A DNA stretch of 64,000 bases, taken from the NCBI GenBank assembly GCA_964537895.1, contig CAZIDK010000003.1, forward strand, positions 1,171 to 65,170. Reading direction: 5' to 3'. Shown here piece after piece: positions 1 to 7,522 of the stretch; the stretch's first letter is position 1; each line of letters begins with the position of its first letter. The stretch comes from an uncultured Gammaproteobacteria bacterium. Its GTDB lineage: Bacteria > Patescibacteriota > Microgenomatia > Levybacterales > UBA12049. Both the position numbers and the translations under genes were made by a program. The notes beneath the pieces were generated by a model. The model did not search any database and was not told the DNA's origin. It saw nothing but the letters and a program-made list of their open reading frames with translations.

Positions 1-98
1 GCTCTCCTTAGGCTACGTAGTAATCCTTTTTTTTCTGTAGGTTGAGTTGGTTCTTGAGTTATGATTTGTTCTGCTTCAATACTGGGCATATGACTCAT
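1..98 (-). CDS. N-terminal fragment of an unknown ORF running off the left edge (MSHMPSIEAEQIITQEPTQPTEKKGLLRSLRRA...)
   Basis: Open frame on the minus strand from ATG at 96-98 to position 1. Too short to classify. Confidence 0.2.
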   Translation of the reverse strand, partial: MSHMPSIEAEQIITQEPTQPTEKKGLLRSLRR

Positions 99-178
99 TT
101 TATTGTATCAAACTATAACTTATTTTATGCTATCATGAGCAAATTTATCTGTCAAGTAAACAAATAATCTAAAATAGC

Positions 179-206
179 TTGACTCAAGGCTATAAAGTTG
201 TATAAT
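179..206 (+). promoter_or_regulatory. sigma70-like promoter (TTGACT-N16-TATAAT) ending 10 nt before the ATG at 217; implies a leaderless or near-leaderless mRNA
   Basis: TTGACT at 179-184 and TATAAT at 201-206, read directly from the sequence. Confidence 0.4.
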
Positions 207-216
207 TAGCTACATT

Positions 217-513
217 ATGTCAGAAACATCAGTTATTAGGGAACCAAGGGGTAGAGTTCTAAGAGGAAACGAATTCAGTCCCGTACCTCTTAGGGTATCA
301 AGTATAAAGGGAGACTATAACGGAAATTCATTGGCGTTGACGGTTGGTAGAGCTGGAGATGTGCAAATAGAGATTGCGGATCCGGTTAAAGGCATTGTCG
401 TTATGGGCTTTATGCCAACTTCTCGTAATGGTATAAATCCCGAAGTGACCGATAGACTTGTATCGCTTACCAGAGAGTTGGCAAGTCTTATCGAGTCGGA
501 AAAATTAAGGTAA
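217..513 (+). CDS. hypothetical protein; GC-richer than its surroundings
   Basis: 98-aa ORF preceded by a near-consensus promoter. No recognisable motifs. Confidence 0.45.
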   Translation: MSETSVIREPRGRVLRGNEFSPVPLRVSSIKGDYNGNSLALTVGRAGDVQIEIADPVKGIVVMGFMPTSRNGINPEVTDRLVSLTRELASLIESEKLR

Positions 514-557
514 GTTGTTCATGCAGGATTGTATCCGCTTATTTGTTTGAATCTAAT

Positions 558-1184
558 TTATTTATTAAATTTGTGACCTGGAATATAGTTAACATTAACT
601 GCTTTTAAAGTTGCTCCGTTTGTAGTGTAAAAGATTTGTAAGAAACTGCCTTTAGGAACCTGGTTTGCAAATGCATCAAGAGTATAAGTTTGTCCATTAT
701 CTAATGTTCCTCCGTTTTTTGCGTTCGAGTTAGGATTAGCTATTAAGCTTTGTAAAATAGTGTTTGAGTCAACGGCAAAAGTCATTTTTCCTTCTGAAGT
801 TTCAGCCTCTAAATTATTTTGATTAAATCCTGTAAAAATTGCGCTTATTACTGTTTGTTTTAAGTCTGAATTATAAGTTGGTTTATCCAAATTTTTTGCA
901 TACTTGGCGTAATCTTCTAAAAATTGCTGAGGATTTTTAGTTGACATAGGAACGGTTGCGTTGGGTTTGTTAAGATTTGAGGATGTTGCTTGGTGGGGGA
1001 GGAAGCCGAGTTGGTTAGGGTAAAGCGCGGAAAGGGAGAGAATGTTGAAATAATTTAAGGTTCCGAAAATAACAACAATGAAAATAAGCACAAAGCTTAT
1101 TTCAAACAGTCCCACTTCCAGAAAAACCAATCTCCTTTTTCTGTTTTGGCTTTTTAAAATGTCCGCGGAATTAAACTCTTCCAT
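558..1184 (-). CDS. single-pass membrane protein, last gene of the pilus operon (possible pilus assembly accessory protein)
   Basis: One N-terminal TM helix (FEISFVLIFIVVIFGTL) followed by a polar extracytoplasmic domain. Sits immediately downstream of the pilin-like genes on the same strand. Confidence 0.5.
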   Translation of the reverse strand: MEEFNSADILKSQNRKRRLVFLEVGLFEISFVLIFIVVIFGTLNYFNILSLSALYPNQLGFLPHQATSSNLNKPNATVPMSTKNPQQFLEDYAKYAKNLDKPTYNSDLKQTVISAIFTGFNQNNLEAETSEGKMTFAVDSNTILQSLIANPNSNAKNGGTLDNGQTYTLDAFANQVPKGSFLQIFYTTNGATLKAVNVNYIPGHKFNK

Positions 1185-1246
1185 AGATTTATGGTAAAAG
1201 AGAAGATAAGCAATGTCAAGGCCCCCCCAGGCTAACAGAGCTTTGG

Positions 1247-1876
1247 CTAGAGATTCCTGTTTCTTATCGTAACCGAGGTCTGAAACGGGACGCTTGCCTT
1301 TTTTTCTGCAAAATTACCTGGATTATTGTCGGATAGGGTCAGATTTATTCCAATCGTAGGGGCTTGGCCAAAATTAGTCTGCGTACAGGTAAAAGAGCAC
1401 AAAACAAGCGAAACGGCTGAGGTGTCTATAAGAGATGCGCCGTTTGAGGCAATCGTTGAACCATTACAGGAAAATATTGTCTGACCGCTGTCAAATGAAG
1501 TTATTTTTATATACTGATAGGCAATTGGAGCAGGAGTAGGTGAAGGAGAGGGAGGAATTGCTTGGGTACAATTAGTTTTGTAAAAAACGCCGTCCGTACT
1601 CACACCGTTAAAGTTTTGAGCATAAATAATCATTTTTGACATTTGCGTAATTGCATCGTTGCCGTTTTGCCTAACACTATCCAAAACATTAGATTTACTT
1701 CCTCCGCGCAAGGAAGAAATAAGAATACCGGCTACGATAACACCAACAACAACCACAATTGCCATAACTGCCAAAAGTTCTACCAATGTATAACCCTTCT
1801 CGGAATTGAAAATTGAAAATTGCCCGCCCCGCTTCACTTGGCGAGGCCGGGGAAAATTGAAAATTCGTTTTTTCAT
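1247..1876 (-). CDS. prepilin-type N-terminal cleavage/methylation domain protein (pilin-like, 'pseudopilin'); the leader peptide contains an in-frame repeat-element insertion
   Basis: Has the G|YTLVELLAVMAIVVVVGVI class III signal. Unusually long leader MKKRIFNFPRPRQVKRGGQFSIFNSEKG. PSPSPTPAP linker further in. Confidence 0.75.
   Translation of the reverse strand: MKKRIFNFPRPRQVKRGGQFSIFNSEKGYTLVELLAVMAIVVVVGVIVAGILISSLRGGSKSNVLDSVRQNGNDAITQMSKMIIYAQNFNGVSTDGVFYKTNCTQAIPPSPSPTPAPIAYQYIKITSFDSGQTIFSCNGSTIASNGASLIDTSAVSLVLCSFTCTQTNFGQAPTIGINLTLSDNNPGNFAEKKASVPFQTSVTIRNRNL
1803..1867. repeat. GC-rich palindromic element (core CCCGCCCCGCTTCACTTGGCGAGGCCGGGG) flanked by GAAAATTGAAAATT repeats, inserted in frame in the pilin leader
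   Basis: Near-identical copies at 6280-6338 and 37868-37985; all are translated in the same orientation. Confidence 0.7.
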
Positions 1877-2406
1877 GGTACTACAACATTACTATTAAGA
1901 TTAGACAAACACGAATTAAGCTTAACATTATGGCAATAGACATTGCTTGGGTCTGTACACTTACCATCAGACCAGGAAACTATTACCGTAACGCCAATGC
2001 TTTCATTGGAGCAAGAAACATCAGAACCTTGAGCAATATCCACCTCGCGCACAAAAATTCCGTAGTTTTGTCCGCAAGATGTTGCAGAACTCAAACTACA
2101 GGAACCGGTTGAAGAACCAAGAATACAAGGAGCCGTATCTCCCTGGGCAAGACAATACCTGCGGGCATTATATGCAGAAAATGTTCCCCAACTGGACTGG
2201 CTTATTTGACGCATAACTTCTATTCCTTGTTGGGCGTATTGAGTCGCCTGATTCTGATTTTTTGTATATTGAGTGTTATTAAGAGCCGAAATAACAGCCA
2301 CCGCTATGGCGGATAAAACAAGAACCGCCGCTCCTAAAGCAACTAAAGTTTCGATTAATGTTTGGCCTTTTTCTGTCATAGTCATATTATTTAATATTTC
2401 CCTCAT
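1873..2406 (-). CDS. pilin-like protein with prepilin N-terminal motif (GQTLIETLVAL)
   Basis: Class III signal peptide motif, hydrophobic N-terminal helix, Cys-rich C-terminal half. Overlaps its neighbours by 4 and 20 nt. Confidence 0.75.
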   Translation of the reverse strand: MREILNNMTMTEKGQTLIETLVALGAAVLVLSAIAVAVISALNNTQYTKNQNQATQYAQQGIEVMRQISQSSWGTFSAYNARRYCLAQGDTAPCILGSSTGSCSLSSATSCGQNYGIFVREVDIAQGSDVSCSNESIGVTVIVSWSDGKCTDPSNVYCHNVKLNSCLSNLNSNVVVP

Positions 2407-2875
2407 TGTCTATTTTTATTGTTTTTGCTTGACCGTATGCTGTCAGAACTATATTTCCCCCACCTTGTACGCCGCTGGTAATAACCGGAAAGAAAATAGA
2501 CGTAGTGGTTGTTTGTCCGGAAGCAAGGTTAAATTTAATATTTCCATTATCCGGCAGTGTTATTGTTTGAATCAAATAAGTTCCCAGACAAACGGCGCTT
2601 AAGCTGTACGTTGTGTCGGAAAGAATGTCTACCCGATATCCGCTAAGCGCCTCATTTGAGCACTGGTTTGGTTTTACCTGGGAACTCGCGCTGGATTTGG
2701 CCAAATTTAAAGTTGACGCTAAACTTGCACCCGCAGTTTGAAGCGATTGAGCTCTGCTGTAATTAACAAATGATGCAATACCGATTGTCGAAAGAATTGA
2801 AATTACCGTAAAAACAATAATCAGTTCAAGAAACGTAAATCCTGAAGATAAACTTAATCTTTCTTTTATGTGCAT
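2387..2875 (-). CDS. pilin-like protein (GFTFLELIIV); close paralog of the N-terminal half of 3427..4227
   Basis: Prepilin motif. About 365 bp (2441-2805) is near-identical to 3718-4082. Confidence 0.75.
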   Translation of the reverse strand: MHIKERLSLSSGFTFLELIIVFTVISILSTIGIASFVNYSRAQSLQTAGASLASTLNLAKSSASSQVKPNQCSNEALSGYRVDILSDTTYSLSAVCLGTYLIQTITLPDNGNIKFNLASGQTTTTSIFFPVITSGVQGGGNIVLTAYGQAKTIKIDNEGNIK

Positions 2876-2959
2876 AGATTAAGTATGATAAAGATAAATA
2901 ATTATGTCAATAAAGCTAATGTAAAGAGCTTGAAAGGATTGATTTTGATATTATTTAGC

Positions 2960-3433
2960 CTACAACGTAACCCCTAAGCCTGCTGGATTAAGGGAAGTAT
3001 CACTTAGTGTATTGGCAGGACTCTCTATTACCGTTCCACAGTTTCCTGCATTCCAATACGGATTGTTTGTTCCTGAAGCATTTTTCCAGTAAACCCTGTT
3101 TCCTGTAACTGAATGTCCGGAACATGTACCGGTTGACTGATTCCAGATATACATACCAACATTAGAGTTTGTTCTTTGACCTTGGTAGATTATATTATTC
3201 TCAATCTTGCTGTTTGTTCCTCCCCCGGCTCCCGAGACCGTTACCGTTGTGCCTCCCGAATTTGCCTCATCCGTATCTTTTACTCCGTTTCTGTTTGAAT
3301 CTATTATATATACGTTGCCGTTTATTGTATAGGTTGCGGGGATTGACGTTGGGGTAGGGTAGGGCCAACAGGTGTTGCAGTTGATGCAGGCGTTGATGTA
3401 GTAATACAAACTTCGCCGCTGCACACCTAACAT
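2960..3433 (-). CDS. Cys/Pro-Thr-rich, beta-helix-like repeat domain ORF with no signal of its own; probably the frameshifted C-terminal continuation of pilin 3427..4227
   Basis: Its frame opens only 7 codons before its ATG and lies -1 relative to the upstream pilin's stop. It begins CINCNTCWPYPTPTSIP, continuing the Cys/PT-rich tail of the upstream protein. Repeats such as NNIIYQGQRTNSNVGMYIW and NRVYWKNASGTNNPYW look like parallel beta-helix turns. Confidence 0.45.
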   Translation of the reverse strand: MLGVQRRSLYYYINACINCNTCWPYPTPTSIPATYTINGNVYIIDSNRNGVKDTDEANSGGTTVTVSGAGGGTNSKIENNIIYQGQRTNSNVGMYIWNQSTGTCSGHSVTGNRVYWKNASGTNNPYWNAGNCGTVIESPANTLSDTSLNPAGLGVTL

Positions 3434-4227
3434 CCCGAGCCTGTGCAGCTTTGACTAAACGAGCTTGGGGTACAGGCTCCTCTACCTGTGTAATAATTGT
3501 AGGTGCAGGTTTGCAAGCCCGTTCCGCACTGAACACTGCAGGAACCGCAGGAAGCGCCGGTATTGCAGATTGGTGTAGGCGTTGGGGTTGGAGACGGAGT
3601 CGGTATCGTAGTTGGAGGCGGGGTTGGAGCAGGGGTAGGGGTATTTACGATATTTGTTTTCCCTAAGGTTATAATGCCTTGCGGATTAACTGTTATTGTT
3701 TTTGTTTGATCATGCCCTGTCAGGACTATATTTCCCCCACCTTGTACGCCGCTGGTAATAACCGGAAAGAAAACAAAAGTAGTGGTTGTTTGTCCGGAAG
3801 CAAGGTTAAATTTAATATTTCCATTATCCGGCAGTGTTATTGTTTGAATCAAATAAGTTCCCAGACAAACGGCGCTTAAGCTGTACGTTGTGTCGGAAAG
3901 AATGTCTACCCGATATCCGCTAAGCGCCTCATTTGAGCACTGGTTTGGTTTTACCTGGGAACTCGCGCTGGATTTGGCCAAATTTAAAGTTGACGCTAAA
4001 CTTGCGGCCGCAGTTTGAAGCGATTGAGCTCTACTGTAATTAACAAATGATACAATGCCTATGGTCGAAAGAATTGAAATAACAGAAAAAACTATTATTA
4101 ACTCTAGAAGAGTAAATCCTTCACTTTTTATTAATCTCGGAAAGTGAAGGGTAAACCCTCTATTGCTGAGCTGTTGAATTGCTGAATTGTTGAAATTAGT
4201 TTTCATAGCAATGTAATAATTTAACAA
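3427..4227 (-). CDS. pilin-like protein with a C-terminal PT-rich linker and Cys-rich module (tip-adhesin-like pilin)
   Basis: GFTLLELIIV prepilin motif, then TPTPAPTPPPTTIPTPSPTPTPTP, then CxxC-rich C-terminus. N-terminal 170 aa are a near-duplicate of 2387..2875. Confidence 0.7.
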   Translation of the reverse strand: MLNYYIAMKTNFNNSAIQQLSNRGFTLHFPRLIKSEGFTLLELIIVFSVISILSTIGIVSFVNYSRAQSLQTAAASLASTLNLAKSSASSQVKPNQCSNEALSGYRVDILSDTTYSLSAVCLGTYLIQTITLPDNGNIKFNLASGQTTTTFVFFPVITSGVQGGGNIVLTGHDQTKTITVNPQGIITLGKTNIVNTPTPAPTPPPTTIPTPSPTPTPTPICNTGASCGSCSVQCGTGLQTCTYNYYTGRGACTPSSFSQSCTGSGC

Positions 4228-4236
4228 TGTTTTCGC

Positions 4237-4701
4237 TTACGGGTTTTGTACGGTATAAGACCAATTGGCTGTACCATTACACGGTGATACGTTTGCCGCA
4301 TCTTTTTGACTATCATTTGTGTTTTCCAAACAAGCAATTATCGAATATGTGGCGCCTGTAGAAGAAAAAGTATAACTTCCTCCTAAAGCATCGCATGGAA
4401 TCTTTTGCATATACGTTGTTGTGTTATATGTAAAAGGTAACCCGCAAGTTGGTAAGGACAGCGGATAACTGCTATTGTCTGCTCTGTAAATTTCGAGGGC
4501 AGATTGTATTTGCCTTAAATCTGATTTTTTTTGCGCATCCCTTGCCCTTTGCCTTACGCCTATAAAATTGACCATAAGAAGAGTTGCCAAAACGCCAATA
4601 ATAGCAACAACTATAAGAAGCTCTATAAGCGTAAAACCTTTTTTAAAATTCTGAATTTTGTCCTGAGCTTGTCGAATGGATGAATTATAAATTATTTTCA
4701 T
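4237..4701 (-). CDS. GspG/PulG-like pilin (major pseudopilin-type)
   Basis: KKGFTLIELLIVVAIIGVLA, with the downstream motif LRQIQSALEIYRADNSSYP typical of GspG/ComGC-like pilins. Confidence 0.8.
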   Translation of the reverse strand: MKIIYNSSIRQAQDKIQNFKKGFTLIELLIVVAIIGVLATLLMVNFIGVRQRARDAQKKSDLRQIQSALEIYRADNSSYPLSLPTCGLPFTYNTTTYMQKIPCDALGGSYTFSSTGATYSIIACLENTNDSQKDAANVSPCNGTANWSYTVQNP

Positions 4702-5234
4702 GGTGTGACATTTGGAGTAGATACTCCAAAATTACAAGTTCCTCCGCAAGCGTTAAAAGAAATACCGTTTATTGTTAGACTGGAACAGGCATTTCCACTG
4801 TTACACGCCCCTGGATCGCTACTGCCTCTATCCAGAGAGGCATAAAGATAATAAGATTGTCCAGTAGAGTAGTAAACGTAATTTTTAGAAGCTGTCGGGT
4901 CTTTAGGCAAAAGATTCATGTATGGCTGCCACGATTTCCCCCAATCAATAACTGTTGAACCGGGCGGAACAGTTATTCTGTAAAGCGGTGAGCTTACAGA
5001 AGACAATGGATATTTACCATTATCTTGATAATAGGCCTCTAAGGTTTTTTGCACCTGGGATAAATCCGATTTCCTTCTTGAATCATTTGCCTTTTGAAAT
5101 TGAGCAACAGGATTAAGGGCAACTATTGAGCCCGCAGCCAAGATGGATAATATACCGACAACAACTATTAGTTCTATAAGGGTAAAACCCTTGCTCCGAT
5201 TTGAAATTCTTTTAATCATTTTTATTGTGTACAT
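4698..5234 (-). CDS. GspG-like pilin paralog
   Basis: SKGFTLIELIVVVGILSILA, then LSQVQKTLEAYYQDNGKYP. Confidence 0.8.
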   Translation of the reverse strand: MYTIKMIKRISNRSKGFTLIELIVVVGILSILAAGSIVALNPVAQFQKANDSRRKSDLSQVQKTLEAYYQDNGKYPLSSVSSPLYRITVPPGSTVIDWGKSWQPYMNLLPKDPTASKNYVYYSTGQSYYLYASLDRGSSDPGACNSGNACSSLTINGISFNACGGTCNFGVSTPNVTP

Positions 5235-6091
5235 AAGTTACCGCTGCAAGTTGTAGCTCCCGGTCCGGAATAACAAGTTAGGGTCCCTCCGTATATTGTA
5301 CACTGGTTAGATGTTACACTGTTACAGAGTCCGGCGCTGACCGCAAAGTAATTCGGACTGCAATTAAACGGCGTAGGCGTAGGCGTAGGCGTAGGCGTTG
5401 GGGTAGGAATTCCGCTTCCTGTTGGGGTAGGGATAGGGGGGGTTGGCGTTGGGGTAGGTGTTGGAACAGGCGTTGCGAATAAAGGAGCTGGCAATGAGTT
5501 TGCGGATATGTAAGCGCAATCTACTTTTCCCGATAGCACGCAATAATTATAACCTGAACTTTGATAATCTACCGGCAAACAGTTAGATAGCTCTGTTAAA
5601 GGACAGGAGGTTTGCACGTCTTGGGCTGAAGATAATTTAGCAAATAGCACGTTCCACTGCGGACATTGAGTTGTATCTGTTTGGTAAAGATATGACGGAT
5701 TAGAGCCATTTGAAAAATCCGGATCTTGAGGAACTTTTTGCATATACACTATTGAACCGCTGCTAAACGGAGCTCCCATTGTTAACGAAATAGGATAACA
5801 GTTTTTATCACTATAGTAAGCATCAAGAGAGTTTCTTATTTGGAATACATCATGCTGACGCTGTGCATCTCTTGCTTTCTGGAGCTGCCTTATCGGATTA
5901 ATAGTCACTATTAGAAAGGTGATAAGCACAGACAATATAATAATTACAACTACTAATTCTATTAGGGTAAACCCAAAAAAATTATTATTTTTGGAATTAA
6001 TAAATCTCCATAAAAGAGGGCTAAAATTGTACCTAATATTAAAAAGGGGCCAAAAGGAATTGTGTCTTTTATAGACCTTTTTTTTCGCCAT
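5222..6091 (-). CDS. pilin-like protein with a long leader, GspG-like N-domain, long PT-repeat linker and Cys-rich C-terminal module
   Basis: FGFTLIELVVVIIILSVL; (TP)n linker TPVPTPTPTPTPPIPTPTGSGIPTPTPTPTPTPTP; C-terminal CxxC-rich segment. The annotated start overlaps the peptidase gene by 130 nt, so the true start is uncertain. Confidence 0.65.
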   Translation of the reverse strand: MAKKKVYKRHNSFWPLFNIRYNFSPLLWRFINSKNNNFFGFTLIELVVVIIILSVLITFLIVTINPIRQLQKARDAQRQHDVFQIRNSLDAYYSDKNCYPISLTMGAPFSSGSIVYMQKVPQDPDFSNGSNPSYLYQTDTTQCPQWNVLFAKLSSAQDVQTSCPLTELSNCLPVDYQSSGYNYCVLSGKVDCAYISANSLPAPLFATPVPTPTPTPTPPIPTPTGSGIPTPTPTPTPTPTPFNCSPNYFAVSAGLCNSVTSNQCTIYGGTLTCYSGPGATTCSGNLCTQ

Positions 6092-6831
6092 ATAATTAGT
6101 ATGATACCTATAATTGCTCCTGTCAAGAAAGCTAAATACAAGGCTAAAATTATCTTCGGAAAACCCAGTATGAGCCCAAGCAAAAACGACAGTTTTACGT
6201 CTCCAAAACCCATACCTTTACCCTTGGTAATCAAGAATAGAATAAGAAAAAAAACGAATGCCCCAATAGCGGAAAAAACAAAATTGAAAATTGAAAATTG
6301 CCCGTCCCGAGTGAAATCGAGGGGAAAATTGAAAATTAAATAAATAGAGCTTACGATTATTGCCGGGAAGACTACTTTATCCGGAATAATTCCAAATTTT
6401 AAATCTTCAAAAAAAATAACAATAAAACTTGAGACAATAAATAAATAATAAACCAGGCTGATTAAAGATTGAAGATTAAAGATTAAAGAATTAGAAATTG
6501 ACCCGCCTGCAACGCTTTGCATAGCAATGCGGGCAGGAAATTGAAAATTAAGTCCATAAACAAACATAAATGTGGTTAAGAATAAAATTCCCGTAGAAAA
6601 CTCTATGATAGGGTAGAATATACCAATGGACTTATGACAGTATCTGCATTTTCCCTTCAGCATTAAAAACGAGAGTAGGGGAATGAGATCATACCAAGCA
6701 AGTTCTTTTTTACAAAACTCGCAATGTGATCTCCCTTTTGCAATTGTTTCCTTACGAGGCAATCTGTCGATAGCTACATTTAAAAAGGAGCCGATGAAAA
6801 CTCCTATTGCAAATATGAATAAAAACTCCAT
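5962..6831 (-). CDS. pilD: prepilin peptidase (A24 family, PilD/ComC-like) carrying two in-frame repeat-element insertions
   Basis: N-terminal CxxC..CxxC (CEFCKKELAWYDLIPLLS..GKCRYCHKSI), multiple TM helices and a GFGDVKL-type motif. Confidence 0.8.
   Translation of the reverse strand: MEFLFIFAIGVFIGSFLNVAIDRLPRKETIAKGRSHCEFCKKELAWYDLIPLLSFLMLKGKCRYCHKSIGIFYPIIEFSTGILFLTTFMFVYGLNFQFPARIAMQSVAGGSISNSLIFNLQSLISLVYYLFIVSSFIVIFFEDLKFGIIPDKVVFPAIIVSSIYLIFNFPLDFTRDGQFSIFNFVFSAIGAFVFFLILFLITKGKGMGFGDVKLSFLLGLILGFPKIILALYLAFLTGAIIGIILIIWRKKRSIKDTIPFGPFLILGTILALFYGDLLIPKIIIFLGLP
6280..6338. repeat. GAAAATTGAAAATT-flanked GC-core element (variant core CCCGTCCCGAGTGAAATCGAGGGG) in frame inside pilD
   Basis: Encodes FNFPLDFTRDGQFSIFNF. 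Same flanks and orientation as the copy at 1803-1867. Confidence 0.65.
6494..6552. repeat. second element type (core CCCGCCTGCAACGCTTTGCATAGCAATGCGGGCAGG, GAAATTGAAAATT flanks) in frame inside pilD, followed by AGATTAAAG x3
   Basis: Encodes LNFQFPARIAMQSVAGGSISNSLIFNLQSL. The same 36-nt core recurs in intergenic DNA at 43794-43829 and, as a variant, at 18113-18152. Confidence 0.65.
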
Positions 6832-6868
6832 TTTTATTAGTATAACAAATCAGAAGAAAAAATGAGGC

Positions 6869-7501
6869 TTATTTTGTGCACCAGTAGCATTGAGTTGTCC
6901 CGCCATTTCCTTCACAAGCTGTTTGAGGACTGGCAACTGGTGTTCCATCTTTATTATATATAGTAGCTAAAGATTTTCTCTGAGATGTCGATTGCGGCCT
7001 ATAACAGCCTGTAAGCGTATTGGCAGCCAGATCATAAGTAACAAATATTTCTTTCAAGATAGTTGTTGCAGTTTGAAAGCCGGATTTTAATTCTTTTTCA
7101 TTAACAAGTGCTGTCGTACAGGTATTAAGAGGGGTATCGTTTAAGGAAATATTCGGATTGGTTGCTGCGCTTGGGGCCACGCCTCCATTACATGCTGATC
7201 CGCCATTAGCAATGGTATCCCATGGAAAGGTATTACGCGTTGTGTAATATCTTACATTAGCATTAAGATACTCAACTAAAGCATTTTTTGTGTTTGCATC
7301 CTGCGCTTTTTTAAGCTGTTCAAAAGGATCAATTGTTGCAACGAGTGCTGCTGCCAAAACGCCGAGGATTCCGATAACAACCAGAAGTTCGATGAGGGTA
7401 AAGCCTGCGGTCTTTTTTGATAATCCTAATAATTTCTTTAACTTCTCTATCAATTTTTTCATGTCTATATCAAATGTAAACATTTTTAAATTCCTTGTCA
7501 A
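6869..7501 (-). CDS. type IV pilin, major-pilin-like; the likely true start is Met14 at 7462 (MKKLIEKLKKLLGLSKKTAG|FTLIELLVV)
   Basis: Canonical G|FTLIELL cleavage/methylation site and hydrophobic helix. Sits between pilC and pilD. Confidence 0.8.
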   Translation of the reverse strand: MTRNLKMFTFDIDMKKLIEKLKKLLGLSKKTAGFTLIELLVVIGILGVLAAALVATIDPFEQLKKAQDANTKNALVEYLNANVRYYTTRNTFPWDTIANGGSACNGGVAPSAATNPNISLNDTPLNTCTTALVNEKELKSGFQTATTILKEIFVTYDLAANTLTGCYRPQSTSQRKSLATIYNKDGTPVASPQTACEGNGGTTQCYWCTK

Positions 7502-7522
7502 GTACCAATCTGAAGCTAAATT

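Noticed and set aside
2273-3879. Plus-strand ORFs 2273..2602 and 3679..3879 with near-identical C-termini
   Set aside because: They are antisense to the duplicated pilin genes. Their similarity simply mirrors the tandem duplication and is not independent evidence for coding.
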